The notes beneath the pieces were generated by a model that saw nothing but the letters and a program-made list of their open reading frames with translations, did no database searches and was not told the origin of the DNA. From the IMG/VR virus record IMGVR_UViG_3300036851_000534, positions 1 through 63,946 of that record: a stretch of DNA of 63,946 bases. One strand, given 5' to 3'. This document shows, one piece after another, positions 27,053 through 35,375 of this stretch (its first letter is position 1; each line of letters starts with the position of its first letter). The position numbers were made by a program, and so were the translations under genes. The DNA comes from a virus. Taxonomy: Duplodnaviria > Caudoviricetes.

Positions 27053-28061
27053 CGAGAAACACGTCATCGAGTTCGACCTCCGCGGCCACGCGGAGGTGGT
27101 GGCCGGGCTCCAGCAGGTGGCGGCAGTCTTGGGCGGCTTCGGCACCTCTGGAGGTGGCGGCGGCGCCGGTCTGGGCAGTATTATGCTCGGCGTCGGCAAG
27201 CTGAACGTGGCCCTCGCTGTGGCAACCGCCGGCTTCGCGGGCCTCTCAACCGCCGTCAACCGCGTCGGACAAACGCTCCAGGAACTCGCCCAGACGCGCT
27301 TCGGCCTCGGCTCCTCCGGCTCTACGTCCCTGCTCGCCGATCTCCTCGGCCAGGCGGTGGGGATCAACAACATCAGCGGTGTGGCCGCTGGCATCCACGC
27401 CGGCACCCTCTCCGGATTTGGCATCGGCATCGCCGGCCAGTTTGGGATCCCCTATCGTCCCTACGAGATTGGTGGCGCCACTGATCGCGGCGAGATGCTC
27501 CTCAAGGTAATCGAGGGCCTCCGGCAGACCCGCTTAAACGAGGGGATGGGCGCCGCCATCGGTAAAGCCCGTACCCTGGGCAGCGGCGCCGAGCAGCTTC
27601 TTCCCCTGACGTTCCTCTCCCCGGAAGAGATCCAGAACGCGGCCAAGCTGGCACAGCTCAACGCCGAAATCTACAGCCCCGAACGGATCGTAGCGGGCAC
27701 CCGACTCAACCTCGCTCTGGCCGAGTTGAAACTCTCCTTCACCGAACTCGAAACCCTCATCGTGACCGCCCTCATTCCCGGCGTCAAACTCCTCGATTAC
27801 ACCTTTAAGGCGTCTACCATGTTCGCACCAGGCATCATGCTGGCGCGCTGGTGGGCGAATCGCCAGGCCCCCCTCGATCAAAATACAGAAGCCCTGAACC
27901 GAAACTCAGCAGAAATGCAGAAGCTCAACGGCACGTACGGAGGCGGCACGCGCACGCGCGGGGCGATGCCGTCCGCCTTCGGCGTCGGCGCCGGCTTCGA
28001 GCTGGGGCAGGCACTCCGCTCCGGACACGTCCGCTTCGGCGCCTACTCCGTGAATTTCTAA
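27045..28061 (+). CDS. Tape measure protein (short, 338 aa)
   Basis: Ala/Gly/Leu-rich and helical; follows the chaperones. Confidence 0.65.
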   Translation: MADEKHVIEFDLRGHAEVVAGLQQVAAVLGGFGTSGGGGGAGLGSIMLGVGKLNVALAVATAGFAGLSTAVNRVGQTLQELAQTRFGLGSSGSTSLLADLLGQAVGINNISGVAAGIHAGTLSGFGIGIAGQFGIPYRPYEIGGATDRGEMLLKVIEGLRQTRLNEGMGAAIGKARTLGSGAEQLLPLTFLSPEEIQNAAKLAQLNAEIYSPERIVAGTRLNLALAELKLSFTELETLIVTALIPGVKLLDYTFKASTMFAPGIMLARWWANRQAPLDQNTEALNRNSAEMQKLNGTYGGGTRTRGAMPSAFGVGAGFELGQALRSGHVRFGAYSVNF

Positions 28062-28067
28062 TCCCCT

Positions 28068-30680
28068 ATGCGAACCGAACAGGTTCAAACAACCCACCTC
28101 ACCCGCGGCCGCGAAACGACGATCTCCTTCGACTACACGGAGACGATTCTCACGCAGCCCTGGTACATTCACAGGCGGCGCGGTGAGCAAATGGAACCGA
28201 GCGCCACCTCCGGCGTGATCCGCCTCTCCTCCGGCGCCTGGATCTTGCGTCCCCTCAACGATCCGCTGACAGGCGACACGACCGTTGAGAACCAGTACGC
28301 GATGCGCCTGACGGATTTCTACGCCTCGGGTATCGTGAAGGAGATCACCAGAGGGAGACGGTTGTCAGAGCTAACCGGAGTCAGTCCCCACGCGGATGTG
28401 GCAACCACGGGCGATTACTACTTCATCAAGCGGATCGGGGCCGGCGCGACGTGGAGCAATGCCATCGTAGTCGGCGACCCCAAGCCCACGCTTCCGACCG
28501 CCCTGTACCCCCTGGACCGGCTTGCTTTTGGTAACCCTCTCCACGATGCAGATACTGGTTACTTGCTAAAGCTCATCATCCCCGGCAATCAGCTCGCGAT
28601 CCCAGACTACTTTTTCGGCTTTTCTTGGGGAGGGATCCTCACCGAAGCCGGTTACGGGAAGTGGTATCTCGCGCTCTCCGGCGACGGGCACGCGAAGCTC
28701 TTTGAGCGCGTAGAAGGCGCTTGGGTCGAGAAGGCAGACTGGCGCTGGGTGCCCCCCGCGCAGGTCCCTGGCGGCGCCTTAATTTTGAGAATTTTGCCTC
28801 ACCTTCCGCGATTTTTGGAGCTGACCGCCCTCTCACCGGGCATCGTGCCGAACCTCTTGCACACGCAGACGGAGGATCTGTTGGCGGCGATCCGCGCCGG
28901 CCGACGCGACCCGGGCAGTCGCTCCACCTACCTCCACGAGATCACCGACCGACCGGACGGGAATCTTACGCCCGAACAGTTCTACTATCCGATCAGCGGC
29001 AACGGCCACGTAACGGTGGACGTGCGTCGGGACGTGCGGATGGAATGGGCGATAAGCAGACTGGCGTATGGTTCTTCCGGCACGATTCAGGACCGTGGAT
29101 TTAACCTCCCTTACGGCGTGACCGATGAGCATGTCGTTCGAGCGGAGGTCAACGCCTGGGTGACCTATGTCAACGGGACGCAGGTGGTTTCGGTGACGCC
29201 GACCATCAAGGAGGCAGACGGGACCGCCCTGGTCGCCGACACGGAGAGCTTCACTTTCAACGGCGTCGCGCGGACTCTGAGCGGTTGGAATCCTCCGGGA
29301 GGGCTCAATCAACTACGCTGTGACTTCCTCCTGGAGAACACGGGGGAGACGACAAACAACAAGTGGCACACGCCAGTTTTTCTCGGCTACCACATCCTCC
29401 GGAACGGGCACACCCAGACCCATTCGCCCACCCTCAGGGTAGGGTTCGGGAAGTGCCAGGAAGTCTCGATCACCGGCCCCGGCTTTCGAGCCGATGAGGA
29501 GAGCGCCAGCCTTCGGATCGAGGATCTGAGCAATGACCTTGCCATCCTGCGCGTGCGGGGCGGCGTCGGTATCCAGATCAGCGTCACCCCGGCGAGCGGC
29601 GACATCCCCATCATTGCCTTCGAAGGGTACACCGGCCGGGTCACCGCGAGCCAACGCGGCAAGTCAGGGAAGACCTTTCCCTCTCCGAACTGGCACAGCC
29701 TGGACATCGAGTGCGCCGGCAAGTGGGACCGGCTCCAGGGCCTCTTCTTCTCCCAACAGTTCGACTTCCAGGACAGCATCACGTCGCCGGAGGGGCGGGA
29801 AACCGGTCTGCGCGAACCGTGGCGCGTGACCTCGGCGCTGCGTTATATCTTGATGATGTGTGGCTTCCCCGACAGCCAGATTCTCATTACGGACGAGCCG
29901 ATGCGGCTCTTTGCCAACCCGGCGACGGCCCCCGAAACGAACCTCATGCCAAACCCAAGCGTCAATGTCAGCGACTGGATTGGCAACCTGGCAAGTTCAT
30001 ACTTGAATGCCGCGGTCTATTTCGACGCCAACGCCCTGACAACGGGGGCATGGAGGCTCAAGAAGGCGCCGGTCTCCACAGATACCCCCGTCTGGAATTT
30101 CGTGACGACGCGTCCGACCGCCGGCCGCATCACCCACATCGATGCCGCGTACGCAGCGAATACCAGCCCTATCCTCTCTCGGCTCGACAGAATTCCCATT
30201 CGCCCTGAGTTCAATGTCATCGTAGTTCGGGGTGTGGCGAAGGCCAAGCCAGGCGGTGCCGTCGAGACTCTCCAGGCCGTCCGGGTCAACAAGAAGTCGT
30301 TCAACAGCCCGCTTCATCCGGCGACCGCAGATCCGAATTCTGCGGACTACATAGGCCGTATGGTCGGCATGGAACTCCACGATACGACCCTCGACACGCA
30401 GGAAGCAGTGAACTTCGCCTGCAACCGGCGGTATAATCTCGCGGGGAGGGGGCGGGCGCTGCGGAGCTTCATTTCGGCCTACACGCTGATCCCCGCCGCC
30501 ACCCTGGAGCCAGGCGTCTATACCTTCCGCCTGAAGCGGCCCCTGCTGCCGCTGGATCTCATCACGATCGATACGGACCGCTACGTGGTCCGGTCATGTA
30601 ATCCCCACTGGGAAAAATCAGGCATCATGCGACAGATGCTCGAAGCCGAGAAGATCGAAGAGGATCTTGTTTACGGGTAA
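28068..30680 (+). CDS. Large tail-tip/baseplate protein
   Basis: 870 aa after the TMP; hub-like C-terminus. Confidence 0.55.
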   Translation: MRTEQVQTTHLTRGRETTISFDYTETILTQPWYIHRRRGEQMEPSATSGVIRLSSGAWILRPLNDPLTGDTTVENQYAMRLTDFYASGIVKEITRGRRLSELTGVSPHADVATTGDYYFIKRIGAGATWSNAIVVGDPKPTLPTALYPLDRLAFGNPLHDADTGYLLKLIIPGNQLAIPDYFFGFSWGGILTEAGYGKWYLALSGDGHAKLFERVEGAWVEKADWRWVPPAQVPGGALILRILPHLPRFLELTALSPGIVPNLLHTQTEDLLAAIRAGRRDPGSRSTYLHEITDRPDGNLTPEQFYYPISGNGHVTVDVRRDVRMEWAISRLAYGSSGTIQDRGFNLPYGVTDEHVVRAEVNAWVTYVNGTQVVSVTPTIKEADGTALVADTESFTFNGVARTLSGWNPPGGLNQLRCDFLLENTGETTNNKWHTPVFLGYHILRNGHTQTHSPTLRVGFGKCQEVSITGPGFRADEESASLRIEDLSNDLAILRVRGGVGIQISVTPASGDIPIIAFEGYTGRVTASQRGKSGKTFPSPNWHSLDIECAGKWDRLQGLFFSQQFDFQDSITSPEGRETGLREPWRVTSALRYILMMCGFPDSQILITDEPMRLFANPATAPETNLMPNPSVNVSDWIGNLASSYLNAAVYFDANALTTGAWRLKKAPVSTDTPVWNFVTTRPTAGRITHIDAAYAANTSPILSRLDRIPIRPEFNVIVVRGVAKAKPGGAVETLQAVRVNKKSFNSPLHPATADPNSADYIGRMVGMELHDTTLDTQEAVNFACNRRYNLAGRGRALRSFISAYTLIPAATLEPGVYTFRLKRPLLPLDLITIDTDRYVVRSCNPHWEKSGIMRQMLEAEKIEEDLVYG

Positions 30681-30685
30681 AAACG

Positions 30686-30922
30686 ATGCGCGACCTGAAC
30701 AACTTCCGCGAAGTCGTCAGCCGGGAGAGCCGGCGCGCGTTGGGAACCAGTCCCTACAGCCCCCGAACAACCGTGGGCGGGACGACCGGCACCTTTATGC
30801 TGCCGGAGTTGCTCGCGCTCCCCGTTGACTTCACCGATCAGACTGACCTGATGGACGCCGCCCTGGAGCAGGTCTTTATGTTCGACATGAGCGCCTTCGA
30901 CGGCCCGAACCCCTGGGCATAG
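30686..30922 (+). CDS. Hypothetical tail-associated protein
   Basis: 78 aa, in operon. Confidence 0.45.
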   Translation: MRDLNNFREVVSRESRRALGTSPYSPRTTVGGTTGTFMLPELLALPVDFTDQTDLMDAALEQVFMFDMSAFDGPNPWA

Positions 30923-30990
30923 GAGGAAGCAGGCGTCTCGGCGGCGAAGATAGCAGGATAACTGCTGTCTTCTCGCTGAAAGAGGGCGCC

Positions 30991-31359
30991 ATGTCGCGGA
31001 GAGGCTACGATCGGGCAGTAGTCGCCATCGCCATCGTCATCATCGGGTTCTTCTTTGGAAGGGCGTTTCGGCCGGCGGAAGCGGTGGCCCGCTGGATGCT
31101 GAACAATGCCCGCCCGCAGGTCTTCCGGGTTCACCATTCCGATGTGCGAGACTGGAACCTCGCCAACGAGCCGAAGCGGATCCGCTGCCCGGAGTGCGGG
31201 GGAACGCCACCCGGCCTGCAAGGGATCGACAAGTGGACCGGCCAGCCGATCTTCTGTCGAAGCTGTGGCGTTTACGGCACGGTAGACGTGCGGAGCCTCT
31301 TGCTGCCGGTGGTCATCGTGGCCGATGGAGAGCTGACAGACTACCAAACTGTTCGATAG
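30991..31359 (+). CDS. Membrane-anchored Zn-ribbon protein
   Basis: N-terminal TM; CPEC...CRSC. Confidence 0.5.
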   Translation: MSRRGYDRAVVAIAIVIIGFFFGRAFRPAEAVARWMLNNARPQVFRVHHSDVRDWNLANEPKRIRCPECGGTPPGLQGIDKWTGQPIFCRSCGVYGTVDVRSLLLPVVIVADGELTDYQTVR

Positions 31360-31511
31360 TTTGTGCCTGAAAAATAGTTGAACTTTTTCTTCAACATCGG
31401 GAGGAGCCGCCGCCGGCAGCGTTGAACCTACAGCCATAATAGGAAACGCCCGCGCGCTTGTTGATCGCAAGCCGCGGGCATGGTCAAGCGCCTGGTTAGG
31501 AGGCCCATGAC

Positions 31512-31826
31512 ATGGAAAGAGTTCCGCACGTCCCCACCGTTCTCCTCCCCGTGGAGCACCCGCGCCCCGAGCCATCCGCCTACCACTGGCAGCCCTGGCA
31601 CGAAGACCGCTGGCTCTGCGAGACCCAATCCGGCTCCCTGTACATCGTCGGCGCCGATGGCTGCTCCTGCGCGGAATGGCACCAGCACTGCCAGGGAACC
31701 GACCGCCGCTGCTGTCATCAGAGCGCCCTGGGGTACAGCCTCATCAGCCAAGGCTCGGCGCTGACCCTGCTCGGCCTGGAGTTGCTCGAAGAAGAGCCGG
31801 CGACGGGAGGGCATCATGGATGCTGA
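31512..31826 (+). CDS. SWIM zinc-finger protein
   Basis: YIV...CSC...CCH; resembles 3227-3487. Confidence 0.65.
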   Translation: MERVPHVPTVLLPVEHPRPEPSAYHWQPWHEDRWLCETQSGSLYIVGADGCSCAEWHQHCQGTDRRCCHQSALGYSLISQGSALTLLGLELLEEEPATGGHHGC

Positions 31827-32985
31827 GGCCCGCTTCGCCCGCCGCGGCTCCCTGACCCATCTTGGGTCGTTGAAGCACCTCCGTCCTCGGCAAACGTGGC
31901 AGGCGCCGCCCTTTGACATGCGCCCCGCCTGGGATACCTTCGAGGCGGAGACCCGCGAGGCGCTGAAGCAGCATGAGGCCGAAGAGTCGGACGCCCCGCC
32001 CCCCTCGGGGGGCGGGGCCGATCGGCTGCCCGATCCACAATCCGGATTCATCTTCATCTACGCGCTCACGCATCCAGAGACCAATGCAGTCAGCTATATC
32101 GGACGCACAAATCAGCCACACGTCCGATGGCGAAGGCATTGTCGCACGGAGGACCGAGGCCGGGCATTAGGCCGCTGGATTATCGCTCTGCGGGATCAGA
32201 ACCAGAAACCACAGATGCGGGTTTTGGAGATGGTTCCGGAGAGCGAATGGCAAGAGGCGGAACGGCGGTGGGTTGCTCACTATCGCTCGCAAGACGCACC
32301 CTTGATGAATGGCACGGATGGCGGGAACGGGAGTAGACACGGACTTCAGTTCTCGCCGACGCACTGCAAGCGGATTAGCGAGGGACGCAGGGGCATAGCG
32401 TACACGCCACAGGCCCTAGAAAATCTGCGCCAAGCCGCCAAGGAACGAGCGCAGCGTTACCGGGCCAGCGGACAGAAGCGCACCATGTCCGCCGAACAGC
32501 GCGCCGAACTCAGCGAGCGCACGAAACGGCAAATGTTAGCCGCCTATCCCTTGACAATAGCCGGGGTGACAAAGACGCGGGCGCAATGGGCGAGGGAGAA
32601 TGGCATCCAGCCAGCGACGATAAAATCGCGTTTGGAGCGTGGGTGGGATCCCGTCGCAGCAGTCACGACCCCCGCTCGCATCGGCTGCCCTCTCGGCCGT
32701 CCTGTGAGTGCAGAAACTCGGGCCAAAATCGGGCAGTCCAACCGGGGCAAAAAGCATGCCAAGGGCTGGAACCACTCCGAGGAGGCGCGAGAAAAGATGC
32801 GCGCTCGATCACTCGCACATTCTGGTCGGCTCTGGGAAGGTTTTCAACGCCCGGACGGATCGCCCATCGAAGCATTCCCGAACTTGCATGCCTTCTGTGC
32901 TGAACATGGACTTCTGGTTTCATCCATGCATGCCGTCTATCATGGTCGCTGCCGCCAGCATCGCGGCTGGACCTGCCGCCGCTAG
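31816..32985 (+). CDS. GIY-YIG endonuclease fused in frame to a host-gene N-terminus
   Basis: FIYAL...YIGRT...RW.RH...NGTDGG from about aa 78; NUMOD-like repeats. Confidence 0.8.
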   Translation: MDAEARFARRGSLTHLGSLKHLRPRQTWQAPPFDMRPAWDTFEAETREALKQHEAEESDAPPPSGGGADRLPDPQSGFIFIYALTHPETNAVSYIGRTNQPHVRWRRHCRTEDRGRALGRWIIALRDQNQKPQMRVLEMVPESEWQEAERRWVAHYRSQDAPLMNGTDGGNGSRHGLQFSPTHCKRISEGRRGIAYTPQALENLRQAAKERAQRYRASGQKRTMSAEQRAELSERTKRQMLAAYPLTIAGVTKTRAQWARENGIQPATIKSRLERGWDPVAAVTTPARIGCPLGRPVSAETRAKIGQSNRGKKHAKGWNHSEEAREKMRARSLAHSGRLWEGFQRPDGSPIEAFPNLHAFCAEHGLLVSSMHAVYHGRCRQHRGWTCRR

Positions 32986-33112
32986 TCCCGGCCCCTCCCG
33001 GGAGGAACTTCCCCGCCTGCCGCCGAACCCTATCCCGCCTGTAACCAGCCGGCGCCGCGAGCGGTTCCCCTCACGAACTGCGAGGACCGGCGCCGGCCCT
33101 TGAGGAGCGATC

Positions 33113-33307
33113 ATGGCTGCCAGTCTGACCGCGAAAACACCCTTCGATCCGCGCCCGGAGCCGGAGCGCCGGGAGGACCAGCTCCAGCGCGCCCGCGCCA
33201 TCGCCCGGGCGTGCTATGCCGTCCTGAAGCATCGGATGAGTTTCGACCGGAAGACGATGCAATGGCTGGCCGAACTCAAGGCAGGAAACGAATGGCTGGA
33301 GGAATAA
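33113..33307 (+). CDS. Hypothetical protein
   Basis: GAGGAG SD. Confidence 0.5.
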   Translation: MAASLTAKTPFDPRPEPERREDQLQRARAIARACYAVLKHRMSFDRKTMQWLAELKAGNEWLEE

Positions 33308-33317
33308 GAGGCGCGAG

Positions 33318-33584
33318 GTGATGGTCCCCCATCAGACGCTCCAGGAGCAAGAGAGTATCCGCCTCGGTTTCCACCCCGGCGGGGCATATCGGATTGACTG
33401 CCTCCACGAGACATGCAGCCACAAAGGTTACCTCGTCGCGGCAACCGGGGCAGGAATCTGGTTAACGGGCGCCTGCTGGTGGCGCACCCCGGCGTGGCAG
33501 AAGCATGCCACGGATATCTTCCTTCCTTGGGGCATCATCCGCGTTATCGCGGTGCTGAAGCCGGACGAGATGGCTGATGCGTGA
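33318..33584 (+). CDS. Hypothetical protein
   Basis: GAGGTG SD; overlaps the next gene. Confidence 0.45.
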   Translation: MMVPHQTLQEQESIRLGFHPGGAYRIDCLHETCSHKGYLVAATGAGIWLTGACWWRTPAWQKHATDIFLPWGIIRVIAVLKPDEMADA

Positions 33585-34521
33585 CCTCTGCCTCTCGCTC
33601 TTCTTGTGCCTGCTCCTCCCCGCATGGCTCATGGAGCGCCAGACGCCGCCGCATGGCGTCCCGGGCCTCGGTCCGAACGCCTCCCTCCACGGTCGCCGCC
33701 CCTTCCCGGCCGACAACCCCTGGAATCAGGTCATCGACGATGACCCGGTCGATCCGAACTCCGCCCGGCTCATCGCCTCGATCGGCGCCAACACCGGCCT
33801 CCATCCCGACTTCGGGACGACCTGGGAGGGAAAGCCCAACGGCATCCCCTATGTAGTTGTGGCCGGCCCGCAGACGACCGTCCCCGTAAAGTTTACTGCT
33901 TGGCCGCAGGAGAGCGATCCCGGCCCTTATCCGATCCCGGCCCACGCGCCGGTGGAGGCCGGCGCGGACGCTCACGTGCTCGTGGTGGACCGGGACAACT
34001 GGAAACTCTTCGAGCTGGCCGTCGCAAAGAAGCGCGGCAACGGCTGGGCGGCGGCCTGCGGCGCGAAGTTCGATCTGAACTCCAACCGCCTCCGCCCGGC
34101 CGGATGGACCTCCGCCGACGCCGCCGGCCTCCCGATCTTCCCGGGCCTGGTTCGGTACGATGAAGTGGTCGAGGAGCAGGAGATCCGGCACGCCCTGCGG
34201 TTTACGGTGAGCCGGAGCCGGCGGGCTTACGTGGCGCCCGCGCGGCACTTCGCGAGCCGCCGGACCTCTCCGAACCTGCCGCCGATGGGGATGCGCGTGC
34301 GCCTGCGGAGCAGCTTCGAGACGGCGAGCTTTCCGCCGCGCGTCCAGGTGATCCTCCGGGCCCTGAAGCTCTACGGAATGTTCGTCGCCGACAACGGGAG
34401 CGATTGGTATATCTCGGGAGCCCCGGATCCACGCTGGAACGATGACGAGCTGCGGACGCTCAACCGCGTGCGGGGCCGGGATTTCGAGGTGGTCCAGATG
34501 GGGCAGGTAGTCACGCGATGA
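33577..34521 (+). CDS. Secreted protein of a conserved bacterial-looking family, function unknown
   Basis: Signal-like N-terminus; FPADNPWN...GIPY...SADAAGLP...HALRFT...YGM.VADNGS. Confidence 0.65.
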   Translation: MRDLCLSLFLCLLLPAWLMERQTPPHGVPGLGPNASLHGRRPFPADNPWNQVIDDDPVDPNSARLIASIGANTGLHPDFGTTWEGKPNGIPYVVVAGPQTTVPVKFTAWPQESDPGPYPIPAHAPVEAGADAHVLVVDRDNWKLFELAVAKKRGNGWAAACGAKFDLNSNRLRPAGWTSADAAGLPIFPGLVRYDEVVEEQEIRHALRFTVSRSRRAYVAPARHFASRRTSPNLPPMGMRVRLRSSFETASFPPRVQVILRALKLYGMFVADNGSDWYISGAPDPRWNDDELRTLNRVRGRDFEVVQMGQVVTR

Positions 34522-34757
34522 GCGGCGACGTGATCCTTGTTGAAGGACTGGGCATGGTCCATGCGACGGAGTTGAGAGAGCGATACTACGAGGCGATAAG
34601 GCAGCGGGAACAGGCGCGGCGCACGGCGGAGCGCCTCTGGATTGGTGCCCACCGGAAGGGCGAATACCCGAAGCGGATCCTCCCCTGGAAGCCCGAGATT
34701 GACCCGGAGACACTGCGGCTGCTGGGACAACACCGGGAGTTCTACGGCGAGTGGTAA
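34518..34757 (+). CDS. Hypothetical protein
   Basis: ATGA coupling. Confidence 0.5.
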   Translation: MSGDVILVEGLGMVHATELRERYYEAIRQREQARRTAERLWIGAHRKGEYPKRILPWKPEIDPETLRLLGQHREFYGEW

Positions 34758-34844
34758 CGCATGACAGGCGCGCTAACCGCAGGCTGCGGACACTCAACCG
34801 GGTGCGGGGATAGGATTTCGCGGTGGTGCGGATGGGGACGGTGG

Positions 34845-35285
34845 TCACGCGGTAGGAGTGCCGGCGGGAAGATGCCGGCAGAGTAGACACCGCAGGATAC
34901 GACCGTCGCGATAGAACTCGTGGCCGGCGCACTTTTCACAGGTCAAGGAGCGCTCGCGCAGAATGAACTCCAGCGCGCCGACCTCCGCTTGGTCCATGAT
35001 CATCGTCAGCATCTCCTCCGCAGGCGGCCAGAGTTCGCGGCTGACAACAACGGTGACGCCGATCCCCTCGCGCTTGAGGCGGCGCTGAAAGTAATCAGGC
35101 TCCCGATCCGGCAGGACACGCATGAGGGGAATGGTGACTCCGAGCGGCTTCGGGTGCAGAAAGCGGGCGCCGCGCTCAAAGAACAGCGCCCCCGAGCCAT
35201 CCGCGGCCAGATAGAGCGACACGCGGATGGCGAGATACACTTCTCCATGCGTCTCCTTCAGCACTCGGTATGGATAGGCAGGCAT
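34845..35285 (-). CDS. Hypothetical protein with a C-terminal Zn ribbon
   Basis: CEKC...CLLC. Confidence 0.45.
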   Translation of the reverse strand: MPAYPYRVLKETHGEVYLAIRVSLYLAADGSGALFFERGARFLHPKPLGVTIPLMRVLPDREPDYFQRRLKREGIGVTVVVSRELWPPAEEMLTMIMDQAEVGALEFILRERSLTCEKCAGHEFYRDGRILRCLLCRHLPAGTPTA

Positions 35286-35303
35286 AGCCTCAGGTTCTAA
35301 CGT

Positions 35304-35375
35304 ATGGCCGCGCTCTCCTCCGGGAGGTAATGCATGGCGGCGCTCTCCTCCGGGAGGTAATGCATGGCGGCGCTC
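35304..35375 (+). repeat. 30-bp tandem repeat (about 2.4 copies) encoding MAALSSGR* mini-ORFs
   Basis: ATGs at 35304, 35334 and 35364. Confidence 0.9.

Noticed and set aside
35304-35375. 30-bp repeats as a mini-CRISPR or TIGR-like array
   Set aside because: Head-to-tail copies with no variable spacer
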